Part shown: positions 21,158 to 31,704 of the stretch, one piece after another | Layout: every line of letters starts with the position of its first letter | Position numbering within the stretch: position 1 is the stretch's first letter | DNA from: Roseateles sp. | GTDB taxonomy: Bacteria > Pseudomonadota > Gammaproteobacteria > Burkholderiales > Burkholderiaceae_C | DNA: 64,000 bases | Direction: 5' to 3' | NCBI RefSeq assembly: GCF_036404855.1 | Contig: NZ_DASWYS010000050.1 | Coordinates: 9,308 to 73,307 of the forward strand | The notes under the pieces: model-generated | Databases searched by the model: none | What the model saw: the letters and a program-made list of their open reading frames with translations, nothing else | What the model was told of the DNA's origin: nothing | Program-made: the position numbers and the translations under genes

Positions 21158-22111
21158 TCAGGGGTAGAAGATGTTGACGCTGTAGCCGCTGACACGTTGG
21201 CCGCCGGTGCTGAAGACGAGGCTTAGAGCCTGCTCTGACTCGGCGTTGATCTGCGTGAGCGCCGGGCTCATGGCTTCAGGGCCCATGACGCGGCGTGCGA
21301 GCGGGGCACCGTTGGCGTCGGTCAGGCTCAGCTCGATGGAAGGGGCCGCGACATCCACGCCGGTCTTGTTGCGCAGCGCCAGATTGAGCTTGTAGCCGCC
21401 GCTGCCGATGGGATTCAGCGAGGTGGCGTCGATGCTCAGGGCTTCGATGCGTTTCCAGGGCTTGATCTCACAACCCGCAATCCCGCACAGGGCATTGAGC
21501 GGCTCGCGCAACGGTGGATGCAGCGCGGCGAGGGCGTGGCGGAAGTGCAGCGCGACCTGCAGGGCCAGCAGAACGACCAGCAGCAGCGACAGGCCTGCCA
21601 AGGCCAGGCGGACACCGGGCCGGTTCCAGCGTGCGCTGCTCTCGGCCCGGCGCATGAACTCCGGCATGACAGGCGCCGCAGTCGCCGCGAGTGCGGGTTC
21701 GGCCGCCATGCTGGGCGTGGGTTCGGGCGTGTGGACGGGCGGCATCTGCGCCGCGGCATGATCCTCGTCGACCCAGCGTGGTTCGTGCCGGGCGATATCC
21801 GGCGAAGGCCAGCCCGTGGGCAAGGCCTCCGGGTGCGGCTCGGGCTCGGGTGGCGGCATCCAGGGCTGCTGCGGCTCGAAGGCCGGGGCCGGGGCCGGAG
21901 GAGGTGGCGGCGAAGGCTCAGGTTCCGCGGCCTGCGTGAACTGGGTGGGCCAGGGCGGGGGCGCGTCGCGCTCGATGTCGAACAAGAGCTCTCGGGCGTC
22001 AAAGATCTCGGCGCATCGACCGCAGCGCACCCAGCCGTCGGAGACGCGCAGCTGGTCCTCGACGATCCTGAAGATCGTTCCGCAGGCGGTGCAGCGCGTC
22101 GCGAGGCTCAT
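21158..22111 (-). CDS. Zinc-ribbon (MJ0042-type) and DUF3426 domain protein
   Basis: 'TRCTACGTIFRI...GWVRCGRCAEIF', Pro-rich linker, one TM, 'LCGIAGC', 'P.IELSLTD'; downstream of prmA. Confidence 0.88.
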   Translation of the reverse strand: MSLATRCTACGTIFRIVEDQLRVSDGWVRCGRCAEIFDARELLFDIERDAPPPWPTQFTQAAEPEPSPPPPPAPAPAFEPQQPWMPPPEPEPHPEALPTGWPSPDIARHEPRWVDEDHAAAQMPPVHTPEPTPSMAAEPALAATAAPVMPEFMRRAESSARWNRPGVRLALAGLSLLLVVLLALQVALHFRHALAALHPPLREPLNALCGIAGCEIKPWKRIEALSIDATSLNPIGSGGYKLNLALRNKTGVDVAAPSIELSLTDANGAPLARRVMGPEAMSPALTQINAESEQALSLVFSTGGQRVSGYSVNIFYP

Positions 22112-23004
22112 GTGTGACGTCGGGCTGTCATCAGGATCCAGCCATCTTCTTCGTCGCTGACGTCGAGCTTCAGCCACGGCGCATAGGCGGCCTTCAGTTC
22201 GTCGGCCTGGCGGCTGAGAATGCCGGCGAGGATCAGGTCACCACCCGGCGCGACGTGGGCGCAGAGCAGCGGTGCGAGCAGCTTCAGCGGAGTGGCCAGG
22301 ATGTTGGCGATGACCAGCGGGTACTCGCCCCGGGCCAGCTCGGGCAGGCCCGGATTCAGCGTGACGCCGTTGGCCGTCGCGTTGTCGCGTGAGGAATTGA
22401 TGGCCGCCGGGTCGATGTCCACCGCGTCGATGTCGTGCGCGCCGTGCAATGCCGCGCCGATGGCGAGGATGCCGGAACCGCAGCCGTAGTCGAGCACGCG
22501 AGGCCATCGCTGCGCATGCGTCGCAATCCAGCGCAGGCACATCCGAGTTGTTGGATGCGTGCCCGTGCCGAACGCCAAGCCCGGGTCCAGCCGCATGACG
22601 CGCTGAGCCTGTGGCGGTGCTTGATGCCAACTCGGCACGATCCAGAATTCCGGCGTGATCTCGACCGGCGCGAACTGGCTTTGCGTCAGGCGCACCCAGT
22701 CCTGCTCAGGCACAGCCTGGATGGCCTGGACATGCACGTCGGCCGCCCAGTCCTGGGCGAGGATCAGCGTCGCGGCTTCGGTTGCCTCGGGTTCGGTGGG
22801 GAAGAGCGCCTTGACGACCGAGCGCTCCCATCCAGCCTTGGGCGCCGGCATGCCGGGCTCGCCGAACAAGGCCTGCTCGGCGTCGGTGTCTGCGTCGGCA
22901 TCCTCCACCGACACCGCCAGGGCGTCGATCTCCATCAGCGCATCGCTGACGATCTCGACGTCCGCCTCGCGGCAGACGAGGGCAAGCTCAAACAGGTTGC
23001 TCAT
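22108..23004 (-). CDS. prmA: Ribosomal protein L11 methyltransferase
   Basis: 'DPGLAFGTGTHPTT', 'VLDYGCGSGILAI', 'ANILA'. Confidence 0.97.
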   Translation of the reverse strand: MSNLFELALVCREADVEIVSDALMEIDALAVSVEDADADTDAEQALFGEPGMPAPKAGWERSVVKALFPTEPEATEAATLILAQDWAADVHVQAIQAVPEQDWVRLTQSQFAPVEITPEFWIVPSWHQAPPQAQRVMRLDPGLAFGTGTHPTTRMCLRWIATHAQRWPRVLDYGCGSGILAIGAALHGAHDIDAVDIDPAAINSSRDNATANGVTLNPGLPELARGEYPLVIANILATPLKLLAPLLCAHVAPGGDLILAGILSRQADELKAAYAPWLKLDVSDEEDGWILMTARRHT

Positions 23005-24353
23005 CAGCGTTTGTGGGCGGCCATCCAGCCTTCGAGGTAGTGGATGGAGGTGCCACCTTCGATGAACTTGGCGTCGGCCATCAGCTCGCGATGCAGCGGG
23101 ATGTTGGTCTGAATGCCCTCCACCACTGTCTCGCTCAGCGCGATGCGCATGCGGGCCAGAGCCTGCTCACGCGTGTCGCCGTGGACGATGATCTTGCCGA
23201 TCATGGAGTCGTAGTTGGGCGGCACGAAGTAGTTTGTGTAGGCGTGCGAGTCCACGCGCACGCCGGGACCACCGGGGGCGTGCCACATCGTGATGCGGCC
23301 GGGCGAGGGTGTGAACTTGACCGGGTCCTCCGCGTTGATGCGGCACTCGATGGAGTGGCCCTTGAGCTCGATCTGGCGCTGCGTGAACGGCAGCTTCTCG
23401 CCGGCGGCGATCTTGATCTGCTGCTGCACGATGTCGATGCCGGTAACCAGCTCCGTGACCGGATGCTCCACCTGCACGCGGGTGTTCATCTCGATGAAGT
23501 AGAACTCACCGTTCTCGTACAGGAACTCGAAGGTGCCAGCGCCGCGATAGCCCATCTTCTTGCAGGCAGCGGCGCAGCGGTCGCCCACCTTCTCGATGGT
23601 GCGGCGGGGGATGCCGGGAGCCGGCGCTTCCTCGATGATCTTCTGGTGGCGGCGCTGCATGGAGCAGTCTCGCTCACCCAGCCACACGGCGTTCTTGAAG
23701 GTGTCGGCGAGGACCTGGATCTCCACGTGGCGTGGGTTCTCCAGGAACTTCTCCATGTAGACCTCGGGGTTGCCGAAGGCCGCACCTGCTTCGGCGCGCG
23801 TCGTTTGCACGGCATGCACCAGGGCCGCCTCGGTGTGCACCACCCGCATGCCGCGGCCACCGCCACCGCCGGCGGCCTTGATGATGACCGGGTAACCCAC
23901 CGAGCGGGCGATCTTGATGATTTCCTTCGGGTCCTCGGGCAGGGCGCCCTCGGATCCGGGCACGCAGGGCACGCCGGCCCGGATCATGGCCTGCTTGGCC
24001 GAGACCTTGTCGCCCATCATGCGAATGGACTCGGGCGTCGGGCCGATGAAGGTGAAGCCGCTGCGCTCTACGCGCTCGGCGAAGTCGGCGTTCTCGCTGA
24101 GGAAGCCGTACCCGGGGTGGATGGCCTCGGCGTCGGTCACCTCCGCCGTGGCGATGATGGCCGGCATGCTGAGGTAGCTCTGGGCCGAAGGCGCGGGGCC
24201 GATGCAGACCGCCTCGTCGGCGAGGCGCACGTACTTGGCGTCGCGGTCAGCCTCGGAATAGACGACGACAGACTTGATGCCGAGCTCGCGACAGGCGCGC
24301 TGGATACGCAACGCGATCTCGCCGCGGTTGGCGATAAGAACCTTCTTGAACAT
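23004..24353 (-). CDS. accC: Acetyl-CoA carboxylase, biotin carboxylase subunit
   Basis: 'ANRGEIA', '[10 protein letters not shown]', 'GGGGRG', '[10 protein letters not shown]', 'YDSMIGK'. Confidence 0.98.
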   Translation of the reverse strand: MFKKVLIANRGEIALRIQRACRELGIKSVVVYSEADRDAKYVRLADEAVCIGPAPSAQSYLSMPAIIATAEVTDAEAIHPGYGFLSENADFAERVERSGFTFIGPTPESIRMMGDKVSAKQAMIRAGVPCVPGSEGALPEDPKEIIKIARSVGYPVIIKAAGGGGGRGMRVVHTEAALVHAVQTTRAEAGAAFGNPEVYMEKFLENPRHVEIQVLADTFKNAVWLGERDCSMQRRHQKIIEEAPAPGIPRRTIEKVGDRCAAACKKMGYRGAGTFEFLYENGEFYFIEMNTRVQVEHPVTELVTGIDIVQQQIKIAAGEKLPFTQRQIELKGHSIECRINAEDPVKFTPSPGRITMWHAPGGPGVRVDSHAYTNYFVPPNYDSMIGKIIVHGDTREQALARMRIALSETVVEGIQTNIPLHRELMADAKFIEGGTSIHYLEGWMAAHKR

Positions 24354-24362
24354 CAGAAGTCC

Positions 24363-24830
24363 TTACTCAATCACGAACAGCGGCTGACCGAACTCGACCG
24401 CCTGGCCGTTCTCGCACAGGATCTTGGTGATCGTGCCGCTCTTGTCGGCCTCGATCTCGTTCATGATCTTCATCGCCTCGATGATGCAGATGGCTTCGCC
24501 TTCCTTGACCTGCTGCCCAATGTCGGCGAAGGGCTTGGCGTTGGGGCTGGAGGCGCGATAGAAGGTGCCGACCATGGGCGACTTGACGATGTGGCCGGTC
24601 TCGACCGGTGCGGCGGCTGAAGGCGCAGCGGCGGCCATCGGTGCGGCGACGGGCGCGGCAGCGGTGACGACCGGCGTGGCCGGTGCCGTGGCATAGACCG
24701 GCTGCACGGCGATGGCGGCCGGGTCGGACTTGACGATGCGGACCTTGCCGTCGGCCTCGGTGATTTCCAGTTCAGAGATATTGGATTCCGAGACGAGGTC
24801 GATGAGGGTTTTGAGCTTGCGCAGGTCCAT
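24363..24830 (-). CDS. accB: Biotin carboxyl carrier protein
   Basis: 'SPMVGTFY', '[10 protein letters not shown]'. Confidence 0.98.
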   Translation of the reverse strand: MDLRKLKTLIDLVSESNISELEITEADGKVRIVKSDPAAIAVQPVYATAPATPVVTAAAPVAAPMAAAAPSAAAPVETGHIVKSPMVGTFYRASSPNAKPFADIGQQVKEGEAICIIEAMKIMNEIEADKSGTITKILCENGQAVEFGQPLFVIE

Positions 24831-24890
24831 CGTGGCTCCAGGCTGTGTTGTTGTTGTGGGGGGAAAGAAAAAAGCGGCGCGAACGCAGTG

Positions 24891-25334
24891 TCAGGCGCCG
24901 GCTTCCAACGATTCGAGGGCGTGGCGCAGCGCGAGGCGGTAGCCGTTCGCGCCGAGGCCGCAGATCACACCTACCGCCAGCTCGCTCACGTAGCTGTGAT
25001 GGCGGAAAGCCTCGCGGCGGTGGATGTTGGACAAATGAACTTCGATGAAGGGCAGCGCCACCGCCGCCAGCGCGTCGCGGATGGCGACGCTGGTATGCGT
25101 GTAGGCAGCCGGGTTGATGATGATGAAACGCGTGCCGTCGGTGCGCGCAGCCTGGATGCGGTCGACCAGAGCCCCTTCGTGGTTGCTTTGGAAGCTGCTC
25201 AGCTTGGCGCCGGCATTCGTTGCGATCGCGCCGAGTTCGGCGTCGATCTGCGTGAGTGTCTGCGCGCCGTAGACCTCGGGCTCGCGGGTGCCGAGCAGGT
25301 TGAGGTTGGGGCCATGCAGGACGAGAACTTGCAT
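24891..25334 (-). CDS. aroQ: Type II 3-dehydroquinate dehydratase
   Basis: '[18 protein letters not shown]', 'QSNHEG', '[10 protein letters not shown]', 'EVHLSN'. Confidence 0.97.
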   Translation of the reverse strand: MQVLVLHGPNLNLLGTREPEVYGAQTLTQIDAELGAIATNAGAKLSSFQSNHEGALVDRIQAARTDGTRFIIINPAAYTHTSVAIRDALAAVALPFIEVHLSNIHRREAFRHHSYVSELAVGVICGLGANGYRLALRHALESLEAGA

Positions 25335-25443
25335 CAAACACGTAGCGGCTCGTCTGCCCTGAGGTCTAGAGAGCCGCCACTAAATTGAGGAAGGGCGAAC
25401 TTTACGCGTTTTGGCGCCGATTTCCCGCCGGATAGGGAAATTC

Positions 25444-25965
25444 TCAGTTTTCAGTCAGTAGCCTCAGATCTGCGAGGTGACTGACCCCCAAACGGCGCCA
25501 ACGGATCTCACCCGTCTCGTCGAAGGCGACTGAAAAGGGCAGGCCGCCGGCCGGATTGCCCAGTTCGCGCACCAGCCCCAGACCTTCCGGGCCGGCCAAG
25601 GCGATCGCGAAATCCAGTGGCGACTTCTGCAGAAAGGCCTTGACCGGCTCGGCTTGGTCCACCGCCAGGCCCAGCACCTGCCAGCCCTTGCTTTTGGCCT
25701 CGTTGTAGAACTGATTGATCTCCGGCAGCTCCTTCACGCAGGGCGGACACCAAGTCGCCCAGAAGTTGACGAGCAGCGGCCGGCCGCGCCAGCGGGTGAC
25801 GTCTACGTCGGTGCCGTCCAGGCTGGGAAAGCGTCGCGCCCAGAAGGCCTGCGCGGCGGCGGACGCCTCCGGCGGGTGGAATCGGTGCCAGGCGAAGCCC
25901 GCGCCGAGGGCGGCGGCGCCGAGACCGGCGCCGGTCAGGAGGAGACGGCGGTTGATGAGGCTCAT
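25444..25965 (-). CDS. TlpA-family thiol:disulfide oxidoreductase with a Tat-like N-terminus
   Basis: 'NRRLLL' plus hydrophobic stretch; 'VNFWATWCPPCVKELP'; 'GGLPFS'. Confidence 0.9.
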   Translation of the reverse strand: MSLINRRLLLTGAGLGAAALGAGFAWHRFHPPEASAAAQAFWARRFPSLDGTDVDVTRWRGRPLLVNFWATWCPPCVKELPEINQFYNEAKSKGWQVLGLAVDQAEPVKAFLQKSPLDFAIALAGPEGLGLVRELGNPAGGLPFSVAFDETGEIRWRRLGVSHLADLRLLTEN

Positions 25966-26558
25966 TCGGAGGTGTCCAGCAAAGTCTGCAGGGCGGCCAG
26001 GTCGCCGCGCTCGGTCTGGCCGCGTGAATCGGGTTTGAGGGCTCCGCGCAGGTCGTCGAAGTCCAGGATGGTCAGGCACAGCGTCACCCGCTCGCCTAGG
26101 GCGGGGCAGGGCGCATCCAGGATGAGCATATCCACCGGCCGGCCTCGGCTGGCCGTGGCCTCGGCGACGTCGAAGCTCAGTCCGCGATTGAGCAGCTCGA
26201 TCTCGGCGGCCTTGCTGTCATCGCAGTAGAGCTGCAGATGGACATTGGACAGGCGCGTGGCAGTGCCGCGCCAGACGGCGCCAGCAAGGTGGGGGCGGAA
26301 CTCGGCCAGGCGCGCCATCCACTGCGCGGCCAGCTCGCGCAGCGCGCGCAGCTCCGCCGGCTGGGTGTCGCCGTGGAAGATGGCAATGTGCTCGCGCACG
26401 GCGCCCTCCACCTCATCGTTGCCGGGCAGGGCGGCGCGCGGCGCCCCCAGATCGCGGGCGGCGCGCTGTTTGGCGGGGCCCCAGTCCATGCCCTCGTCGA
26501 CGATGAGGCGGGCCGCCATTGCGGCGATCTCGGCAGTGATATCGGTGCCGTCGCTCAT
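25962..26558 (-). CDS. Conserved hypothetical protein with a degenerate nucleotidyltransferase-like fold
   Basis: 'AEIAAMAARLIVDEG.DWG.AK.RAA', 'LAGAVWRGTATRLSNVHLQLY'; overlaps the flanking genes by 4 nt. Confidence 0.75.
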   Translation of the reverse strand: MSDGTDITAEIAAMAARLIVDEGMDWGPAKQRAARDLGAPRAALPGNDEVEGAVREHIAIFHGDTQPAELRALRELAAQWMARLAEFRPHLAGAVWRGTATRLSNVHLQLYCDDSKAAEIELLNRGLSFDVAEATASRGRPVDMLILDAPCPALGERVTLCLTILDFDDLRGALKPDSRGQTERGDLAALQTLLDTSE

Positions 26559-27271
26559 GGCAACTGGGCGCTATTCATGCGGCCGGTGATGATGCTGGCG
26601 CGGCCCATCACGTAGGGCGATGTCGGTTGGCGCTCGAAGCGCTTGGGCGCGGGCAGCATCACGGCCAGACGCGCGGCCTCGAAGGCGCCGAGGCGGGCCG
26701 CGTCGACGTGGAAATAGTGGCGCGCCGCGGCCTGGGCGCCGAACAGGCCTTCGCCCCATTCGACGTTGTTCAGGTAGATCTCGAGGATGCGGCGCTTGTC
26801 GAGCAGGCCTTCGAGCATCAGCGTCAAGACCAGCTCCTGGCTCTTGCGCAGCAGGGTGCGCTCACCGGAGAGGAACAGGTTCTTGGCGAGTTGCTGCGTG
26901 ATTGTCGAGCCACCGATGACCTTGGCAGAGGTCCTGCCCCGCGCCTCGGCGCGGGCCTGCGCCTTTTCGTTCTTCTTCCATGCGCCCTTCAGGGCGTCCC
27001 AGTCGACACCGCCATGCTCGGCGAAGGAGTCGTCCTCGCTGGCGATGACTGCGCGCTTGAGCGTCGCCGGCAACTGGGCGTCATCCACCCATTGCTGGGC
27101 CCAGGCGACCTGGTGCTTCTCACCGAGCAGGCGAAGGGCCTCGCTGCGCTGGAAGCTGGTTGACTGCGGCGCAACGAAACGCATCAGTGCAATGCGGCCA
27201 GCAAACCAGACCTGCAGGCACAGCACGGCCAGCAGCATCACGGCCAGCAGTCGGCCGAGGTGGCGAATCAT
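26555..27271 (-). CDS. mtgA: Monofunctional peptidoglycan glycosyltransferase
   Basis: '[10 protein letters not shown]', '[15 protein letters not shown]', 'RKSQE', '[12 protein letters not shown]'. Confidence 0.95.
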   Translation of the reverse strand: MIRHLGRLLAVMLLAVLCLQVWFAGRIALMRFVAPQSTSFQRSEALRLLGEKHQVAWAQQWVDDAQLPATLKRAVIASEDDSFAEHGGVDWDALKGAWKKNEKAQARAEARGRTSAKVIGGSTITQQLAKNLFLSGERTLLRKSQELVLTLMLEGLLDKRRILEIYLNNVEWGEGLFGAQAAARHYFHVDAARLGAFEAARLAVMLPAPKRFERQPTSPYVMGRASIITGRMNSAQLP

Positions 27272-28095
27272 GGCGTGGCCCCGAGTTCGGACCGGATGGC
27301 AGCCAGCACCGGCGCCGTGTCTGGGCGCACGCCGCGCCAGAAATAGAAGGCCTCGGCCGCCTGCTCGACCAGCATTCCCAGGCCGTCGCGCGGCTCGGCG
27401 CCGTGGGCGGCCGCCCAGTTCAGGAAGCCCTGCGCCTTGGGGCCGTACATCATGTCCAGCGCGAGGGCGCCCGGTTTGAGCACGCGGGAATCCACGGGCG
27501 AGTCGGCTCCCGCCAGGCTGGTGCTGGTCGCGTTGACGACGACGTCCTGCGCGGCGGGTGCGTCGGCCAGCGTCGTTGCAGTCAGCGGCACGCCCAGGTG
27601 GGCATGGCTGGCGACCAGCGCCTGGGCTTTGTCCGGCGTGCGGTTGACGATGCAGATGTTCGCCGGGCCCGCGGCGATCAGGCTGCCCAGCACGCCGGCC
27701 GCAGCGCCACCGGCACCGACGAGCAGCAACTGCAGGCCCGCCAGCGGGCGGCCCGCGTTGCGCTGGAGATCGTTGACGAGCCCGGCGCCGTCGGTGTTGT
27801 CACCCACCCAGCCATCGGCGTCGAAGCGCAGTGTGTTGACGGCGCCGCCAAGCTGTGCGCGCTCGGTGCGCCTGGCGGCCATCGCGAAGGCGTCGAACTT
27901 GAAGGGCACGGTGATGTTGCAACCCTTGGCGCCGGAGGCCGCGAAGGCGCGCAGCGTGGGGACGAAGCCGTCCAGCGGCGCCAGCAGGCGTTCGTACGTC
28001 AGCCACTGCCCGGTCTGCGCGGCAAACATCGCGTGGATGGCCGGGGAGCGGCTGTGCGCGACGGGGTTGCCGACCACCGCATATCTATCGGTCAT
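27268..28095 (-). CDS. aroE: Shikimate dehydrogenase
   Basis: '[10 protein letters not shown]', 'NITVPFK', 'AVNT', 'GDNTDG', 'GAGGAA', 'GMLVEQAA'. Confidence 0.97.
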   Translation of the reverse strand: MTDRYAVVGNPVAHSRSPAIHAMFAAQTGQWLTYERLLAPLDGFVPTLRAFAASGAKGCNITVPFKFDAFAMAARRTERAQLGGAVNTLRFDADGWVGDNTDGAGLVNDLQRNAGRPLAGLQLLLVGAGGAAAGVLGSLIAAGPANICIVNRTPDKAQALVASHAHLGVPLTATTLADAPAAQDVVVNATSTSLAGADSPVDSRVLKPGALALDMMYGPKAQGFLNWAAAHGAEPRDGLGMLVEQAAEAFYFWRGVRPDTAPVLAAIRSELGATP

Positions 28096-28946
28096 GGGTT
28101 CTGTCCGGTCAAGGTTGCTTCCAGCCCTTCGTCGCGGGTGAACTTGAAGCGCGAGGTGATGACCAGCACCTCGGCGCCGCGCAGCATCTCGGCGCTGAAA
28201 TTGCCGAAGGGCGAGGCGGCCTGCACGATGGCGATGGCGCGGCGGTCCAGCGTCGCATTGCCGCTGGAGGCCACGATCTCGGTCTCGATGACTCGGCCCT
28301 TGTGGTCGATGTGGATGTTCATCGTCAGCTCGCCGTAGAGCTTCTTGCCGCGTGACTCGGGAAAGTCGCGCGTGCCGCGCTCCTCGATGCGGCGCCGCAG
28401 GCCATCGTAGTACTGGGCGTAGACGACCTCGCGCGTGGCCGGGCTGACGTAGCGCTTCTTCGGCCGGGCGTTCTCCGCGTTGACGCGCTTCTCGATCTCG
28501 GCGAGCAGATCAACCAGCTGGCGGCGCTTCTCGGCCAGGGCGCGCTCGGCGGCGTCGCTCTTCTCGCGTCTGGGGTCAGGAGGGGGCAGCAAGGCCAGTT
28601 CGCGCCTCACCTGCGTCAGCAGCAGCTGCTGCTGGCGCTGCAGCTGGGCGATCTGCGAACTCTGCGCCTCTGCCGAGTCACCCATCTCGTTGTGGCGTGC
28701 AGGCGGCAGTGGCGACGTGGCGCGGCCGGTCTCGACGCTGCCGCCGCCGGCGAGGCTGGCCTGGGCCAGGGCGGCCGCCTTGGTCGGTGCCTCGTTGGAG
28801 CGCGTGTTGACGAGGATGACCTCCAGCGGCGTGTCCTGGAAGATGCGGTTGAAGGCCTCGGGAGCGGCGATGCGCAGGCTCAGCAGCGCCCCGTGGACGC
28901 CGAGCGAAAACGCGAGCGCGATCTGCAGCGTGCTCGGCCGGCGCAT
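28092..28946 (-). CDS. TonB-family (TonB C-terminal domain) membrane protein
   Basis: N-terminal TM 'ALAFSLGVH', coiled-coil, C-terminal 'G...IHIDHKG...SSGN..LD..A..IVQ.ASPF'; start placed at MRRPST. Confidence 0.8.
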   Translation of the reverse strand: MRRPSTLQIALAFSLGVHGALLSLRIAAPEAFNRIFQDTPLEVILVNTRSNEAPTKAAALAQASLAGGGSVETGRATSPLPPARHNEMGDSAEAQSSQIAQLQRQQQLLLTQVRRELALLPPPDPRREKSDAAERALAEKRRQLVDLLAEIEKRVNAENARPKKRYVSPATREVVYAQYYDGLRRRIEERGTRDFPESRGKKLYGELTMNIHIDHKGRVIETEIVASSGNATLDRRAIAIVQAASPFGNFSAEMLRGAEVLVITSRFKFTRDEGLEATLTGQNP

Positions 28947-28947
28947 C

Positions 28948-30981
28948 TCAGCCCTGGGCGGCAGCCGGCTCGGACTCACCGGCGCCGTCGTTCAGGTCGA
29001 TGGCCAGCGCGATCGGGGCCGCAGCAGCTTCGAGTTCATCCTCATCGCCCTCGGGCTCATCGGTGGCTGCGGCCTCGTCCAAGCGCTCGATCAGCGTCGC
29101 ATGCACGTCCAGCGTCATCTCGTCCAGGCCGGTGATGCGCACCTTCACATGGCTGCCGCGCGGCAGGCTCTCGCAGCCCAACGCCTTGAAGACCAGCGGC
29201 AGGTCATCGGCGCGCACCAGGCCTTCCTTCATGACGGCGGCGGTCAGTTCGTTCGTGCCATTCTGCTGTAGCCAGCGCAGCGTCCAGAAGCGCTCGATGC
29301 TGTTCTGGAATCCGTTGTACGCCATGTAGGCGGACTCGAAGCCCGAGATGATGGAGAACAGCTGCGCGTCCTTGGGCTTGAAGGGCGCGACGAGCGCTGC
29401 CGTCTTGCCGTGACGGGCGCAGGCAATGATCTGCCATTGATTCACCAGGTCGACGTAGCGGCGCAGCGGCGACGTGGCCCACGTGTACTGCGCCACGCCC
29501 ATGCCGGCATGCGGCAGGGGCTTGACGCCCATGCGCACCTTGATGCCAGGCGCCAGGCTGGCCTGGCTGCGGTAGATGCCCGGCAGGCCCAGCTCGGCCA
29601 GCCAGCCGCCCCAGGCGGAGTTGGCCATGATCATGGCCTCGGCCACGATCAGGTCCAGCGAACTGCCGCGCGCTCGCACGCCGATCTCGATGGACTCGGT
29701 ACCGTTGGGCGCTTCCATGCGCTCGCCGGCGAGGCGGAAGTTGTAGTCCGGCCGGTTGAAGGTCTCGGGCTTGCCGCGGACGATCTCACGCTGGGCCTTG
29801 AGATGCTTGGCCAGGCGCCAGGCAAAGGCCAGCTCGGGCGCGAAGGCGTAGTCGGCCGGCGCCTCGCCGGCGAGCGTGGCGTCCGTGACGATGCCGTCCA
29901 GCTTGTCGTGGCGCAGGTTGGCGGCGATGGGCACGCGCTCCAGCTTGGTTTCGCGCGACCTGACCTCGAACGACGCCTCGTCCAAGGTGAAATAAATGGA
30001 CACGGCCGGGCAGTCACGGCCTTCGATCAGCGTGTAGGCCTGTACGACGTCGTCAGGCAGCATGGTGATCTTCCAGCCCGGCATGTAGACGGTGGACAGG
30101 CGCTCGCGGGCCACCTTGTCGACGGCCGAGTCCGGCGTGATGGCCAGGCCCGGCGCCGCGATGTGCACCCCGAAGACCACGGTGCCGGTGCCCAGACCCT
30201 GCACCGAGAGCGCATCGTCAATCTCGGTGGTCTGCGAATCATCGACGGAGAAGGCGCGCACTGGCGCGAGGGGAAGTTCTTCCTTGATCTCGGGCGCGGC
30301 CAGGGCCGGGAAGCCCGTGCCTTTGGGAAAGTTCTCAAACAGGAAGCGCTTCCAGTGGAACTGGTAGGCGCTAGTGATGGCGCCCGCGGCCTGCAGCAGG
30401 TCCAGCGGCGCCTTGTGCGAGCGCTTGCTGGCCTCGACGACGGCCTTGTACTCCGGTCCGTTCTTGTCGGGTTTGAAGAGGATCTTGTAGATCTGGTCCT
30501 GGATGGGTTGGGGGCACGCGGCCTTAATCAATTCCTCGGCCCAGGCCTCGATCTGCAGTTGCTGCTGACGCTTGCGCTCGATGCCCAGCAGCGCAGCCTT
30601 GACTGTTTCCTCGGGCGCTTTCTTGAACTGGCCCTTGCCAGCTCGGCGGAAATAGTGCGGCGCGTCATATAGGCGAAAGAGAGCGGCGGCCTGCGGCACG
30701 ACGCCAGCCTTGGCATCGAAGTAGTCGCGGGCGAGGTCGGCGAAGCCAAACTCGCCCTCGGGCGCGAACTCCCAGGCGAGATCGAGGTCGATCTCGTCAG
30801 CCAGCTTGCGGGCCTCGGCTAACAACATGGCGGGCGCCGGTTGCTCGAACTTCAGCAGCGCGTTGGCGGACTTCACCTTCACCCGCTTGCCGGAGTCCAG
30901 TTCCACCTGCAGCGAGGCGTCGGCCTCAGACATCACCCGGCCGGCGAGGAATTTGCCGGCATCATCAAACAGCACAAACAT
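28948..30981 (-). CDS. RNB-domain exoribonuclease (RNase II family)
   Basis: 'FSVDDSQTTEIDDALS', 'STVYMPG', 'WATSPLRRYVDL'. Confidence 0.92.
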   Translation of the reverse strand: MFVLFDDAGKFLAGRVMSEADASLQVELDSGKRVKVKSANALLKFEQPAPAMLLAEARKLADEIDLDLAWEFAPEGEFGFADLARDYFDAKAGVVPQAAALFRLYDAPHYFRRAGKGQFKKAPEETVKAALLGIERKRQQQLQIEAWAEELIKAACPQPIQDQIYKILFKPDKNGPEYKAVVEASKRSHKAPLDLLQAAGAITSAYQFHWKRFLFENFPKGTGFPALAAPEIKEELPLAPVRAFSVDDSQTTEIDDALSVQGLGTGTVVFGVHIAAPGLAITPDSAVDKVARERLSTVYMPGWKITMLPDDVVQAYTLIEGRDCPAVSIYFTLDEASFEVRSRETKLERVPIAANLRHDKLDGIVTDATLAGEAPADYAFAPELAFAWRLAKHLKAQREIVRGKPETFNRPDYNFRLAGERMEAPNGTESIEIGVRARGSSLDLIVAEAMIMANSAWGGWLAELGLPGIYRSQASLAPGIKVRMGVKPLPHAGMGVAQYTWATSPLRRYVDLVNQWQIIACARHGKTAALVAPFKPKDAQLFSIISGFESAYMAYNGFQNSIERFWTLRWLQQNGTNELTAAVMKEGLVRADDLPLVFKALGCESLPRGSHVKVRITGLDEMTLDVHATLIERLDEAAATDEPEGDEDELEAAAAPIALAIDLNDGAGESEPAAAQG

Positions 30982-30998
30982 AGGCGGGCGATTGTCCC

Positions 30999-31589
30999 TT
31001 ACGCCAGCAGGTGCCTGACGACGCCGGGCAGGTGGACGTCGAAGTCCGTCAGACCATGGTCGCCGCCTTCCAGCACCTCGCCGTCACAGCCGGCGTAGCG
31101 GGCCAGCATCTCATGCCAGTCCAGCAGCTCGTCACCCTTGGCGATCAGGGCGTAATACCGTGCCGGGGCCGTCAGCCGCGCGGGCGGCGTCAGCGCAGCG
31201 AGCTCGGCCACATGCTGTGCAGTGAAGTTGAACTGCAGCTCGGGATCGTGCCAGGCGGTCAGCGTGCCGATGTGGCGGGACAGGTCGCGTGCAGGAGCCA
31301 CGGCCGGATTCAGCACCGCCACGCGCCAAGCGCGGTGGGCAGGCTGTTCGGCCAGTGCGGTCGCGTAGAAGCCACCCAGCGAACTCCCGACGACAGCGGC
31401 GCCTTGCGTCGGCCAGTCGGCCACGAGGCGGGACACAAGGTCCATGGCGGCCAGGGGGGAGGGCGGTAGTTGCGGGCAGACGAAGACCAGACCCGGTCGC
31501 CCGGCGGCCCACGCCGCCATGCGGCGCGCCTTGGCCGATGCCGGCGAAGAGCGGAAACCGTGCAAATAGAGCAGATGTGTGAGATCCAT
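30999..31589 (-). CDS. YqiA/YcfP-family alpha/beta esterase
   Basis: 'LLYLHGFRSSP.S.KA', 'VGSSLGGFYA', 'NPAV', 'KGDELLD', 'EGGDH'; start placed at MDLTH. Confidence 0.92.
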   Translation of the reverse strand: MDLTHLLYLHGFRSSPASAKARRMAAWAAGRPGLVFVCPQLPPSPLAAMDLVSRLVADWPTQGAAVVGSSLGGFYATALAEQPAHRAWRVAVLNPAVAPARDLSRHIGTLTAWHDPELQFNFTAQHVAELAALTPPARLTAPARYYALIAKGDELLDWHEMLARYAGCDGEVLEGGDHGLTDFDVHLPGVVRHLLA

Positions 31590-31704
31590 GACGGAAGTTT
31601 TGAGCGGAGCTTTGTGCAGCCTGCGACGCAAGCGGAATTCATTTGACTCGAGTGTCGCTGCCCGCCACAGTCCCTGCCTTTTCCCATCCTCGGACCCGTT
31701 ACCC

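Noticed and set aside
20805-21167. Short ORFs (91 aa minus, 60 aa plus) between the H1 terminator and DUF3426
   Set aside because: No RBS, motif or codon-pattern support
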